Shown piece by piece: positions 1 through 9,086 of a stretch of 35,894 nucleotides of DNA. The notes beneath the pieces are model-generated. The model did not search any database. It was given only the letters and a program-made list of their open reading frames with translations, and was not told the DNA's origin. Each line of letters opens with the position of its first letter. Position 1 is the first letter of the stretch. Source of the stretch: a virus (lineage: Duplodnaviria; Heunggongvirae; Uroviricota; Caudoviricetes). Location: positions 1-35,894 of the IMG/VR virus record IMGVR_UViG_3300031521_000016, one strand, 5' to 3'. A program made the translations under genes and the position numbers.

Positions 1-155
1 CATGAAAATATAGCAATATCACTAAACTTGTCTTGAAATAAGCTTAACATCTTCTTTGTATCTTCAGTTACATGCACATCTGTAATAGACTTCCAAGCCC
101 AATGCTTAGGTGTTTCAACTATTGCATCTCTCTGTGATATAATCCACTCTTCCAT
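1..155 (-). CDS. hypothetical protein, truncated by window edge (not in ORF track)
   Basis: ATG at 155, open frame MEEWIISQRDAIVETPKHWAWKS... to base 1; starts 2 nt after the stop of 158..397. Confidence 0.7.
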   Translation of the reverse strand, partial: MEEWIISQRDAIVETPKHWAWKSITDVHVTEDTKKMLSLFQDKFSDIAIFS

Positions 156-157
156 GA

Positions 158-397
158 TTAAAAATTAATTTCGGTCCATTTACAAACTTTTATTTTACCA
201 GTCATACCTTCAACTGTTAGTTTTTTGTCATTATTGAAAATACGTATAGTTGCAAATCTTGGTTCATATTGATCGACAAAATTAGTAAACTTCGATAATA
301 CCAAAAATTTATCAGTTTCTCGTTCATTTTTCATTCCAACTTTATCAATGATCGTTTGTAGATCAATTGTTTCCTCAAATATATTCCAGTTTATCAT
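158..397 (-). CDS. hypothetical protein
   Basis: Track ORF 158..433 uses a TTG inside the promoter; ATG at 397 (MINWNIFEE) lies just downstream of the promoter. Confidence 0.75.
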   Translation of the reverse strand: MINWNIFEETIDLQTIIDKVGMKNERETDKFLVLSKFTNFVDQYEPRFATIRIFNNDKKLTVEGMTGKIKVCKWTEINF

Positions 398-411
398 AAG
401 ATTGTTTTTTA

Positions 412-454
412 TTATGATACAAAAATAATACAAAAATGAAAGATATGAAAACGC
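412..454 (-). promoter_or_regulatory. repeated phage promoter, copy 1 (Bacteroidota -33/-7 type)
   Basis: GCGTTTTC-N19-TATTTTTGTATCATAA. Confidence 0.85.
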
Positions 455-1041
455 TAGAGGATAAAATTACGTATCAGTTGTGGAAATTTGCAACACCTAT
501 CAGCCATTTCATAACCTCGAGTCGTAAATTTGAGTAATGTTCGATTATCGACAGAATATTCATCCATTACTAAATCTCTGAATTCGTGTACTGTACCACA
601 ATGTGAACATTTTACTACGATTTCATTATCGGGTGGTAACAAATCTTGCCAACAAGAAGCTGGTAAGTCAAGCCAAATTTCACCAAGTCCTTTATAACCG
701 ATATTTACACCATCTTTTACAATGAGCATGTCTTTGAAAGGTAAACCTTCTTTGAACGTTTCAATGTCAGTATTTGGAAATTGTTTGAGCAGTTCTTCAT
801 GTATCTGTTCTATGCTTTGGAACCGTGAAGTTGTATCGCCAAGACTAATGCCGCAATATCGGTCTTTCTTAGTCAGATAAGCTACTTCATCTGGATCAGT
901 AAGTTCCCTCAAGAGGTCGGGTGATCTACTTCCAGCTGATAAATGAGGTGAAATTTTGAACTCTGGAGATTCAGCGTATCTGCAATAGTAGTGTTCTGCT
1001 TCCATCTGGCCGATGAAAGTTGATATATTAGCGTGTATCAT
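454..1041 (-). CDS. hypothetical protein with CxxC
   Basis: 195 aa ORF, KCSHCG motif, ATGA overlap with upstream gene. Confidence 0.75.
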   Translation of the reverse strand: MIHANISTFIGQMEAEHYYCRYAESPEFKISPHLSAGSRSPDLLRELTDPDEVAYLTKKDRYCGISLGDTTSRFQSIEQIHEELLKQFPNTDIETFKEGLPFKDMLIVKDGVNIGYKGLGEIWLDLPASCWQDLLPPDNEIVVKCSHCGTVHEFRDLVMDEYSVDNRTLLKFTTRGYEMADRCCKFPQLIRNFIL

Positions 1042-1259
1042 ACCTCTTTGAAAAAGGGAAGTAGAGTAATTGGCACTTTAAATGTTTCGCCTTTTGTGTC
1101 AGTGTGTGCTGTGCCGTTAATAGTCTCTGCAAGTTGCATAGTATCAGATGTTACATGAGATACTTTATATACGCTGGTGGGGAAAAGTTCATCAAATAAA
1201 ACAGATGAACTGGAGTGATGGCGTAAGACTATTTTAGTCTTGGGTTGTAAAAGTAACAT
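1038..1259 (-). CDS. hypothetical protein
   Basis: 73 aa ORF directly behind promoter copy 2. Confidence 0.7.
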   Translation of the reverse strand: MLLLQPKTKIVLRHHSSSSVLFDELFPTSVYKVSHVTSDTMQLAETINGTAHTDTKGETFKVPITLLPFFKEV

Positions 1260-1280
1260 TTTGTTATATTTTTGATTATT

Positions 1281-1323
1281 TTATGATACAAAAATATAAC
1301 AAAATGTCTATTTAGAAAAACGT
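1281..1323 (-). promoter_or_regulatory. repeated phage promoter, copy 2
   Basis: ACGTTTTT-N19-TATTTTTGTATCATAA. Confidence 0.85.
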
Positions 1324-1325
1324 GG

Positions 1326-1778
1326 TTATAAATTATGTGATAAAATATCTACTTCATGTTCTACAGTAGAGCGAACTTCATCATTAGCACCAACCAATCC
1401 AGATTTGAAATCGAAATTCTTTTTAAATAGCTCAGATATGTAATGTTTAAAGTTCCATTCATCACCATCATCATTTAATAAATTTTGAACAGTAGATTGA
1501 AATTCTTTAGGAGAAGGAGCTTCATCTTTTTTTACACTTGCGTTTTTGAAAGTTTTCAGAATAATAGCAGTAGCTTTTTCAAACTTATCATGTGCTTCTT
1601 TTGTAAAATCAGCTTCATTTGCAGAAATACGTTTCATTTCTTTGTCAACTTGTGGATAATCGATCTTTTTAGCGTAAATTTTAGCTAATAGATCATCAAT
1701 TTGTTCGACTGTTTTATCAACGTCTTTTGTATCTTTCTTGGGATACGTATATTCCTCAAATAATTGTACATGTTCCAT
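1326..1778 (-). CDS. acidic hypothetical protein with T4-CTS-like N-terminus (possible head-packaged protein)
   Basis: Starts MEHVQLFEEY, resembling the T4 internal-protein capsid-targeting peptide; function is inference. Confidence 0.6.
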   Translation of the reverse strand: MEHVQLFEEYTYPKKDTKDVDKTVEQIDDLLAKIYAKKIDYPQVDKEMKRISANEADFTKEAHDKFEKATAIILKTFKNASVKKDEAPSPKEFQSTVQNLLNDDGDEWNFKHYISELFKKNFDFKSGLVGANDEVRSTVEHEVDILSHNL

Positions 1779-1779
1779 G

Positions 1780-2244
1780 TTATACAGTAATTTTTCTTTT
1801 TAGATTATATGCAAAGGTTTTCGTTTCGGTATCACATATTTTACCGAATATTCTAAGACATAGTGTAGTCCAAGTGATTGATGCAATAACAGACCAGACT
1901 AATACTTTAAAAGGGTCAAAAATTTGATAGTTCATATTAGTCATAAGATATGCAACATAACCGATGCCAATGTATAAAACTACGATACTTAATATTTTTT
2001 GCAGATCATAATCTAACATAGGAATAATAGGCTCTCCTTTGTCCACCCATTCGAATTGTAGAGTATTCAAATCAGATCCTACTAAAACACAGTTGTGAAA
2101 TTTGATAGATATCTTGCTTGAATTACCAAACGATATACTTTCTATTTCACCAACATAACCAGCGAATCCATCTGCAGTATTAGAAGATGGCCATGACAGA
2201 ATTTTTATCTTGTCACCTATTTCTAAATATTCATACCGTTTCAT
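1780..2244 (-). CDS. hypothetical membrane protein
   Basis: ATG at 2244 (MKRYEYLEIGDKIKI); two C-terminal hydrophobic helices; the track's extension to 2304 overlaps the 2246..2416 ORF. Confidence 0.7.
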   Translation of the reverse strand: MKRYEYLEIGDKIKILSWPSSNTADGFAGYVGEIESISFGNSSKISIKFHNCVLVGSDLNTLQFEWVDKGEPIIPMLDYDLQKILSIVVLYIGIGYVAYLMTNMNYQIFDPFKVLVWSVIASITWTTLCLRIFGKICDTETKTFAYNLKRKITV

Positions 2245-2245
2245 A

Positions 2246-2416
2246 CTATAAGTCTTTAAGATATTGTTCGTACCACCATTTGTGAAAATCTGCATGGTAA
2301 TCAACTTTGAACCCGCTCAATAAACTTAAAAATAAGCAAGGAGTTATGATTAAAGCAGAAATAAGCCAACTAATAATCCAAAAAATAGTGCTTCTTAGTG
2401 ATATTAATGTTTTCAT
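2246..2416 (-). CDS. small membrane protein, 56 aa (not in ORF track)
   Basis: MKTLISLRSTIFWIISWLISALIITPCLFLSLLSGFKVDYHADFHKWWYEQYLKDL; first gene after promoter copy 3; TAG-T-ATG coupling to next gene. Confidence 0.75.
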   Translation of the reverse strand: MKTLISLRSTIFWIISWLISALIITPCLFLSLLSGFKVDYHADFHKWWYEQYLKDL

Positions 2417-2426
2417 ATTCTTTTAT

Positions 2427-2469
2427 TTATGATACAAAAATAACTAAAAACTAACAATTATGAAAACGC
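2427..2469 (-). promoter_or_regulatory. repeated phage promoter, copy 3
   Basis: GCGTTTTC-N19-TATTTTTGTATCATAA. Confidence 0.85.
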
Positions 2470-2900
2470 TAAAACCCAAATTTTTTGCTAAGTATCAAAC
2501 CTCTGTTATCTTGGAGCTTCCTTTCTGTATTTGCGTAATTAAGTTGCAATGTCCTACAGCGTAGTTCTACTTCGAATTTCATTTCTTTCAGAGCTTTTAG
2601 CATAGTATCAAATAAATAGTCTTCAGTAAACGTCTCTAGAGCATATTCTTCTATTTGTGACCATGATTTGGGCCATTTAGTTTTGTAACCTGTATAAGAC
2701 ATGACTACAATTTCATGTGTATTACCTTCTATGTCGATTTTTACTTCTGTGTCTTCATGAGTATCTTCTATTATGTAACTTGGGTTGAGTAACAACATAA
2801 TTCTAACACCTGAATCATAATAATTCATGATATAGAATTTATTTAGATACTGATATTCTTCAGTAAGCATAACTTTATCTCTTATCTTCTTGTAATGCAT
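2469..2900 (-). CDS. RG-FGF-tagged protein 1
   Basis: Ends NRGLILSKKFGF*; ATG at 2900 overlaps the upstream TGA (TGATG). Confidence 0.8.
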   Translation of the reverse strand: MHYKKIRDKVMLTEEYQYLNKFYIMNYYDSGVRIMLLLNPSYIIEDTHEDTEVKIDIEGNTHEIVVMSYTGYKTKWPKSWSQIEEYALETFTEDYLFDTMLKALKEMKFEVELRCRTLQLNYANTERKLQDNRGLILSKKFGF

Positions 2901-3325
2901 CAAAATCCGAATTTATTTGACAGTAATTTTCCTCTCATTTCATGCAATCTTTCATCAGTATTAGCATAAATAACTTTATATGAGTTCAGTTCTTTATCTA
3001 GAGAATCTTCTAGTGTTTTTATAGCTTCATTGAACAGTGATTTAGTTTTCCATTTATCTATTAATTTCCACATATCGTCATCTCTTTTCCACAAAGTTAG
3101 TCCACGCGAATCTTTATCTATATTGATATCTGAACTTTCATCTCCTCTACATTCTAATTCGTAACGAATATTCGGCAATTCTTTAAAATTACTTTTACTT
3201 GGATCTAACCTAATATCGATATCGAAAAAATCTTTATTTGCTACTATACCCGTTTTAACAACATAGAACTTCTTAAGTTGTTTCACTTTCTCTGATGAAT
3301 CATAAATTTCTTTCCAAGTTTCCAT
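2900..3325 (-). CDS. RG-FGF-tagged protein 2 (weak paralogue of protein 1)
   Basis: Ends YANTDERLHEMRGKLLSNKFGF*. Confidence 0.8.
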   Translation of the reverse strand: METWKEIYDSSEKVKQLKKFYVVKTGIVANKDFFDIDIRLDPSKSNFKELPNIRYELECRGDESSDINIDKDSRGLTLWKRDDDMWKLIDKWKTKSLFNEAIKTLEDSLDKELNSYKVIYANTDERLHEMRGKLLSNKFGF

Positions 3326-3338
3326 GATTTATATATGG

Positions 3339-3620
3339 CTAGAACCCAAACTTTCTACCTGCTAAAAGTCCTCTTTTAGCATGCATAAATTCTTCTACCG
3401 TTTTATATGGAGAGTTTTTGTATGCTACGTAAAATTCCACTGGACATCCTTCTATTTCAATAGGAGTGGCATTAGAGTAGTCTTTTTTCCAGAGTGTTTT
3501 CGGTGTGGAGATATAACAATCAGATATCATAAGCTTACCGGCTGGATGCCATATCTGATTACCGAGAGTGATAGAGCTAGTGCTCCATTTAGTAACTATT
3601 TGAAGTTGTTTATTTGTCAT
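3339..3620 (-). CDS. RG-FGF-tagged protein 3
   Basis: Ends EEFMHAKRGLLAGRKFGF*. Confidence 0.8.
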   Translation of the reverse strand: MTNKQLQIVTKWSTSSITLGNQIWHPAGKLMISDCYISTPKTLWKKDYSNATPIEIEGCPVEFYVAYKNSPYKTVEEFMHAKRGLLAGRKFGF

Positions 3621-4147
3621 TAAAATCCAAATTTAGAGCCTACGATTTTGCCTCTTGAGTTATACATTTTAGTGTCTGAGTTGACATAATCAACTTGTTT
3701 TCTTTTTAATTCGTCCAAATCGTTGGTTATTGATTCGATAACTTCTGATAATGCAATATCTAATAGAAGTAGCATCTCATCTTTAGACGGGTTGACTATT
3801 TTTTGGTTTGACTTTATCATCCAATAATTTTCATCAAAATCCCACTTTTCAGTAAGAATTTGTGATCTAGTAAGTTCAATATTATAAAGCCCCATGTTGA
3901 AGTTTCCATTTAGTGAACTTCTAAATCTATCTTCAATGAATTTTTCATGACGTTGATTAGTATACAAACTTTTAGAAGTATAGAGAAAATGTTCACCTTT
4001 GAGATAAATTCGTATATAGTGTATATGTTCTTCATCCGAAGAAAAAGTATTCGTGGTTGTTTCTATTCTAAAAAACTTACAGATATATTTCATTCTTTCC
4101 AAAGAATCCAATTCTAAGATCAGTTCAGTAAAATCTTGTCTAGTCAT
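3620..4147 (-). CDS. RG-FGF-tagged protein 4
   Basis: Ends SRGKIVGSKFGF*. Confidence 0.8.
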   Translation of the reverse strand: MTRQDFTELILELDSLERMKYICKFFRIETTTNTFSSDEEHIHYIRIYLKGEHFLYTSKSLYTNQRHEKFIEDRFRSSLNGNFNMGLYNIELTRSQILTEKWDFDENYWMIKSNQKIVNPSKDEMLLLLDIALSEVIESITNDLDELKRKQVDYVNSDTKMYNSRGKIVGSKFGF

Positions 4148-4283
4148 CAGATAGTAATGAAAGGATTATGATTGTTACACCAGCTATAGGATGTCCAAAA
4201 TAGCATAGTACTATACCTAACGTAAACATCGGATATGTTAATGCTCCGAGAATAGTCAAAATACACAAAAGACATGTCATCAT
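4140..4283 (-). CDS. small hydrophobic protein, 47 aa (not in ORF track)
   Basis: MMTCLLCILTILGALTYPMFTLGIVLCYFGHPIAGVTIIILSLLSDD; first gene after promoter copy 4; 8-nt overlap with next gene. Confidence 0.7.
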   Translation of the reverse strand: MMTCLLCILTILGALTYPMFTLGIVLCYFGHPIAGVTIIILSLLSDD

Positions 4284-4293
4284 ATACTTATTT

Positions 4294-4336
4294 ATTTTAT
4301 ACAAAAATAACAAAAAACAATCAATGCTTAAAACGC
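4294..4336 (-). promoter_or_regulatory. repeated phage promoter, copy 4
   Basis: GCGTTTTA-N19-TATTTTTGTATAAAAA. Confidence 0.8.
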
Positions 4337-4846
4337 CTAAAACCCAAATTTTTTACCCAATAGACTGCCTCTATTTGTGTGAACAAACTGATCGATATCT
4401 TGAGAATCTAAAAGCCTTGCTAATAATTGATGTTTTTCGTATATTAGAGCTTTAACTTCTTCACACATTGTTAATAGACTATCATACGAGTTTCTCTTGG
4501 CTGATATCACGATATCGCTTTTTTCATCTTCTATGTAGCTTTCGTCATCATCTTCTTTTTCAACTTTGAAATCATACATGTCTATGTCTATGTCATCTGA
4601 CGATATATCAGCTTTAAATTTACCTTCAAATTCTAATCCTTCTGATGGACCAGAAGTTCCAAGTTCACCAGCCAGTGTAATTATTTTAGTTTCTGGAAAA
4701 CATGCTATGTCAAAATTGAAATAAAAAACGTCTGGACGCTTATCAATATTAATGTTGATATCAGAAGATAGTTCGGAAAGTAGTGGCAGGATAAAGTTAT
4801 CGATATTATCTGCCTCAAAAAGGCTGAAGGGGAGAATACGTGGCAT
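4337..4846 (-). CDS. RG-FGF-tagged protein 5, acidic, with CTS-like N-terminus
   Basis: Starts MPRILPFSLFEA; ends NRGSLLGKKFGF*. Confidence 0.8.
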   Translation of the reverse strand: MPRILPFSLFEADNIDNFILPLLSELSSDININIDKRPDVFYFNFDIACFPETKIITLAGELGTSGPSEGLEFEGKFKADISSDDIDIDMYDFKVEKEDDDESYIEDEKSDIVISAKRNSYDSLLTMCEEVKALIYEKHQLLARLLDSQDIDQFVHTNRGSLLGKKFGF

Positions 4847-5515
4847 TTAAAATCCAAATTTTTTGCTTAGAGTTTTACCTCTTTTGAAATGCTTTATGAT
4901 ATCGAACTGTTCATATAGAGATTTACCTACTAATGAATCTATAAGCTGTGGCGATTCACCTAATTTGTCAAGTAATATAGGTGTCGCTTTCTGTATATTG
5001 TCAATATTTATGCTTATTTTATGACCATTTATGTAAATGATCTTATCTTGTGAAGTCCATGAAGCAGTCTGTGGTTTATCTTCTTTAGAATAGTGGTCAA
5101 ATGCAGTAACAACAGGCTCGCTACTGCTATGGAGTGGGTATATAAAGTTCCATTCAGTTAAATCCTTTTTTGCATCATCAGTGTATTCTAAAAATGCGAA
5201 TACATCGTGCAATTTCAGTATAATAGGTGCAATTTCTTTAGCTAATAGAATCAGTCTGATGGCATCTGCTGAAGTAAATGTGAATTTTCCATTTTTTGGA
5301 AGGTCTGCTAAAATTTTATCTGCTACACTGTTTGGACTATGATGATTATTAGCACACATGTAAATAATGGCATCTTGTGTGACTAAGAAACGCCAATTCA
5401 AGTCATCAAAAATATGAACATTGACTACTGTATGTCCTGCCGATGTATAAGCTTCGGTGAAAAGATTTATGTTAGCAGCTTTTAAATCACGACGGAAATC
5501 ATAAGATAGACTCAT
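4847..5515 (-). CDS. RG-FGF-tagged protein 6
   Basis: Ends KRGKTLSKKFGF*. Confidence 0.8.
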   Translation of the reverse strand: MSLSYDFRRDLKAANINLFTEAYTSAGHTVVNVHIFDDLNWRFLVTQDAIIYMCANNHHSPNSVADKILADLPKNGKFTFTSADAIRLILLAKEIAPIILKLHDVFAFLEYTDDAKKDLTEWNFIYPLHSSSEPVVTAFDHYSKEDKPQTASWTSQDKIIYINGHKISINIDNIQKATPILLDKLGESPQLIDSLVGKSLYEQFDIIKHFKRGKTLSKKFGF

Positions 5516-5517
5516 GT

Positions 5518-5533
5518 TTTTTCTTTATATATT
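5518..5533 (-). promoter_or_regulatory. class II upstream motif (putative late/phage-specific promoter)
   Basis: AATATATA-AAGAAAAA in the short gap before ATG 5515; recurs at 16467 and 28719. Confidence 0.5.
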
Positions 5534-5536
5534 CAC

Positions 5537-6013
5537 TTAGAATCCGTAACGTTTACTTATAATCTTAGCTCTATTCTGTTCTCTGAAATTAGGTATCGTC
5601 AATCCACTTCTTAGCCAGTTTTCTATAAAGTCATCTTCTATCCCTGAAACACACCATCTAGCATAAGTACACCATCTGATTTCTCTTGCTAATGCAACAA
5701 GCCGACAAAGAATAGGATGTGGCAAAGCTCCATCTAAAAAAGTATGTTCTCCTTTTCGCCAAATCATGTTTATTGAAAATCTTGTATCTAACGTTTTGGT
5801 ATCAACAAAATATCCGGCACTTATATCGAAAAATACTTCATTTCCGTTAAATGAAATGCTATTCAATAAGTACCCATATTCGCCTAAACCTACATTTCTT
5901 GGGTACCATTTATAACCCACCTTATACCATCGTGGACGTATACCATGCATTGAGAATTTAGTTCTCGTACTTTTATTTACGTTGCTTCTATATGCATAGA
6001 TAAGAGCTTTCAT
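5537..6013 (-). CDS. RG-FGF-tagged protein 7
   Basis: Ends NWLRSGLTIPNFREQNRAKIISKRYGF*. Confidence 0.8.
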   Translation of the reverse strand: MKALIYAYRSNVNKSTRTKFSMHGIRPRWYKVGYKWYPRNVGLGEYGYLLNSISFNGNEVFFDISAGYFVDTKTLDTRFSINMIWRKGEHTFLDGALPHPILCRLVALAREIRWCTYARWCVSGIEDDFIENWLRSGLTIPNFREQNRAKIISKRYGF

Positions 6014-6324
6014 TAACCTTTGAACTCGAAGAATGCATCATAGGTTTCATTATATGCTGGCTTGTCAAAATTAACGAACCATCCAGCTTTTCTGTAAATA
6101 TCTTCAAAGTCTAGCCAATGTTTTTCGAAGATCATAGAACGAGTCACTTGTAGTTCTTCAGGAGCACATTTTAGAATTTCATCTACAAATAGATCTTGCT
6201 TCACTTTAAAATAACCTTGCTGATAATTTTCCTGAATCACGTTGTTTATAGCACAGATTACGAATTCTGGAAGTGTCTTTACGACAGTTTTCGGTGTAAG
6301 AGGTTGTATTGACATTTTATTCAC
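6013..6324 (-). CDS. phage hypothetical protein
   Basis: 103 aa; WLDFEDIYRKAGWFVNFDKPAYNE resembles a recurrent phage hypothetical family (recalled, not searched). Confidence 0.75.
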   Translation of the reverse strand: MNKMSIQPLTPKTVVKTLPEFVICAINNVIQENYQQGYFKVKQDLFVDEILKCAPEELQVTRSMIFEKHWLDFEDIYRKAGWFVNFDKPAYNETYDAFFEFKG

Positions 6325-6526
6325 GATTTTTTATTTCGAAATGTTCAAAAAATTCAGAATCATTTAGTTGTTCATCATTGAATCCGTCGAACATTCGAGC
6401 TATGTTATAGTATTTATTTAGAATGTAATCTCCACAGTTCCACCACTGTGCAGTTTGAAAATTTAGATTAGTTGGATGAGTACCTTTGCACCATACCCTG
6501 AAGCCTTTTCCTATGCTAGAATCCAT
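6317..6526 (-). CDS. hypothetical protein
   Basis: 69 aa ORF overlap-coupled to both neighbours. Confidence 0.65.
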   Translation of the reverse strand: MDSSIGKGFRVWCKGTHPTNLNFQTAQWWNCGDYILNKYYNIARMFDGFNDEQLNDSEFFEHFEIKNRE

Positions 6527-7019
6527 ATTGAGTCGATTTTATTTTTCCACGTTTTAACTGTAATATTTTTTCGAAACCTATCCCCAGCTTTGATAGTCTC
6601 GTTATCTCTGACATTATCTCTTCATCATCTGCTGTACTCGATACTACTAACTTATAGAAAGGAGAAATAAGAATTAAGTTTGTGATGAATCGAAATTCAA
6701 ATGTAGTCTTTATGTTTATCCCCAATATTGCTACTTCATTTTGTGTAAATTCATTACAATCTATACTATCTTTTCTTACTTCGATATTGATCGATTTTTC
6801 AAGCTTGACATTTCGATATGTGCCCTTTAGCGATAAATTAAACCTTAAACCTGTGTCATTATTTATGATAAACACAATTTTTATTGTTCCAGTAAATAGA
6901 GTAGTATGTATTCTTTTTTCTTCTTGTACTAATTCTAGCCAACTAGGGTTGACTGTATACATCAAATTATTGAAGTAATAGTCTTCTTTTCCTGCTAGTG
7001 CATAAACATAGTGTCTCAT
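6516..7019 (-). CDS. RG-FGF-tagged protein 8
   Basis: Ends KRGKIKSTQYGF*. Confidence 0.8.
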   Translation of the reverse strand: MRHYVYALAGKEDYYFNNLMYTVNPSWLELVQEEKRIHTTLFTGTIKIVFIINNDTGLRFNLSLKGTYRNVKLEKSINIEVRKDSIDCNEFTQNEVAILGINIKTTFEFRFITNLILISPFYKLVVSSTADDEEIMSEITRLSKLGIGFEKILQLKRGKIKSTQYGF

Positions 7020-8242
7020 GAGAATGAAAATAGTCGTTGCATCATAGGTATTTCTGTCATATGGAATCTTGCAGCCGACATTTGTCTTTGTGCTATACCA
7101 ATCTTCAGTAATCCTTCACAACACATTTGACCATAAATGTATATTTTATTGATTTGTTCTTCAGTTATAGCAATCACAGGTTCATCGATTCTTATATTGT
7201 CATAACCTTCGTACAGAATCCAACCATCGTGATATCTTACCCATCCTTTTCTACACATCCATGCATCAGGATTTCCTTTATGCATCTCATCTGGCTATAT
7301 AATTCCAGCCTTTTCAAGTGCATCAGCTATCTGATTATGTAGCATATTGCTTATGACTCCCTTTAAAGCATATACGTCACCATTAGGTGCTATCCAGCCA
7401 GCATTATATCCATCTTTGATGTCTACGGGCTTTATCTTTTCTAGTACCGAGTCTATGTTACGTTGAAATTCGAAAAATTCTTCTATATCCTCAGAGTCAT
7501 CAGCATCAATTTTTCGAAGTTCATTTATATCGAATTTAGTTAATGCCATTAATCGATAACCAATCTGATCAACTACCATATGTCTGCCAGTATCGATTAT
7601 TCGTCGATTTTCCTTTTTGAACATTGCAGTATCTTCACTTTCCCAGTCCCATGCATCAAAAACTTTAGGATAAGCTTTTTCTAACCATGCAAATGTACCC
7701 CATAGTAAATATGTCTTATCGAGATACTGTTTAGATATACGAATCAGTGTGGCTATATCATCGATGCGTTCATTGTTCATTGCTAATTCAGCTGCATACT
7801 CACCAATTTCAACAGTATCTTTATTCATTACATATCACATAATAATCTCGTATGGGATCGTAATGTCAAGTGTCTTTTCTCTAATTACATGAGTAGTTAA
7901 TGACTCAAGCGCATGATAGATGCTCTGTCCATCATCTCCAATTTGATCGAACTTTCTATTGTACCAATCTATGATATCAAGTACTGGCCAAGCCTGATGT
8001 ATTTCAGGATTGCGAGGACATACGTTGAACATTTCATGATCATCCTCAGTAACTACTTCTATGACATGATCACCTTTTATGATACTTAATACTAAGTCAT
8101 CTGGACAACCTGGTAGTGAATCAGATATCACTTTAACAGCTTTTATCGGATTAAATTCACAAGTTATTTTTTCTTGAGCTATTCTAGCTAATAGTCTTCC
8201 TGTGTCTTCGCCTATTCTAAAATGTAATAATTGAGTTGTCAT
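7016..8242 (-). pseudogene. single 408-codon reading frame interrupted by TGA (7835-7837) and TAG (7295-7297): pseudogene or readthrough gene
   Basis: Track ORFs 7835..8242, 7295..7828 and 7016..7285 share one frame, with only 2 and 3 sense codons between each stop and the next ATG: YEIIM*YVMNKD and AGII*PDEMHKG. Confidence 0.65.
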
Positions 8243-8244
8243 AG

Positions 8245-8514
8245 TTATGAAAGTGAAAGTAAATCGATATATGTTTCTTTTGAAATAACGCGATATGTCC
8301 AGTTATCTGGATCTTGAACTTGTGATTCTAAATCACATCTTATTTCATAACAATCATTGGTGATGTCGTGTGTTACTACTAGATCACCAAGTTCTGATTC
8401 TCCGATGATGCTTGAGACATTGAAATCATCAGCATACAATATTTCTGGTGTAATCATTGTAGAACTGATACCGTAGAGTGATTGTATCAGTGATTGTTTT
8501 TCAGGATAGGACAT
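8245..8514 (-). CDS. hypothetical protein
   Basis: ATG at 8514 (MSYPEKQ); track start lies inside the promoter. Confidence 0.7.
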   Translation of the reverse strand: MSYPEKQSLIQSLYGISSTMITPEILYADDFNVSSIIGESELGDLVVTHDITNDCYEIRCDLESQVQDPDNWTYRVISKETYIDLLSLS

Positions 8515-8530
8515 AATGTTTTGTTTTATT

Positions 8531-8573
8531 TTATGATACAAAAATAAACAATTTCTACATTATGCCAAAACGC
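8531..8573 (-). promoter_or_regulatory. repeated phage promoter, copy 5
   Basis: GCGTTTTG-N19-TATTTTTGTATCATAA. Confidence 0.9.
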
Positions 8574-9085
8574 TAAAACCCGTATTTAGTAGACATGACA
8601 AGTCCTCTTTTTTCATGCCGCATCTCTGGAGTTTTTAAATAGACACAGCCTCTAGTTTCTATGCCATCAACAAATTTTACCCATTCAATATATGCTTTCT
8701 GTATAGCATCTTTCCATCCTTCGAATGTACTTAAATCTTTGTCTATTCTTACAGTAGCTCCATTATTAAAACGAGTAAGTGATGTATTATCGTAAAGTAA
8801 AATAGATATTCCCAAAAATATTTCTCTAGCCGCTACATTTCCTTTTAACGTTAAAGGATCAGTATTGGTGTCATTAACGATTAGATTGTTGCCGATAGGT
8901 GTAGTGAAAATAGAAATTCCTCTATCATCTTTCGTAATATTTACTCTTAATCCTAAGTCTTTAAGTTTTTGAAATTCTTCGATATTCTCATACGGTTCAT
9001 ATACTGATACAGTAGATGCAATCTCTGAATATTGCTTTAGAGCTTCGGATAAATTATATTTATTCAATACTTCATCGTGTCCCAT
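8573..9085 (-). CDS. RG-FGF-tagged protein 9
   Basis: Ends KTPEMRHEKRGLVMSTKYGF*. Confidence 0.8.
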   Translation of the reverse strand: MGHDEVLNKYNLSEALKQYSEIASTVSVYEPYENIEEFQKLKDLGLRVNITKDDRGISIFTTPIGNNLIVNDTNTDPLTLKGNVAAREIFLGISILLYDNTSLTRFNNGATVRIDKDLSTFEGWKDAIQKAYIEWVKFVDGIETRGCVYLKTPEMRHEKRGLVMSTKYGF

Positions 9086-9086
9086 G

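Noticed and set aside
4846-4849. In-frame fusion of 4847..5515 with 4337..4846
   Set aside because: Simple TAA-ATG adjacency; each ORF has its own complete tag and a natural N-terminus
7016-8242. Genome-wide TAG or TGA recoding as the explanation for the split gene
   Set aside because: Both codons terminate tagged proteins at exactly the position where TAA does in others
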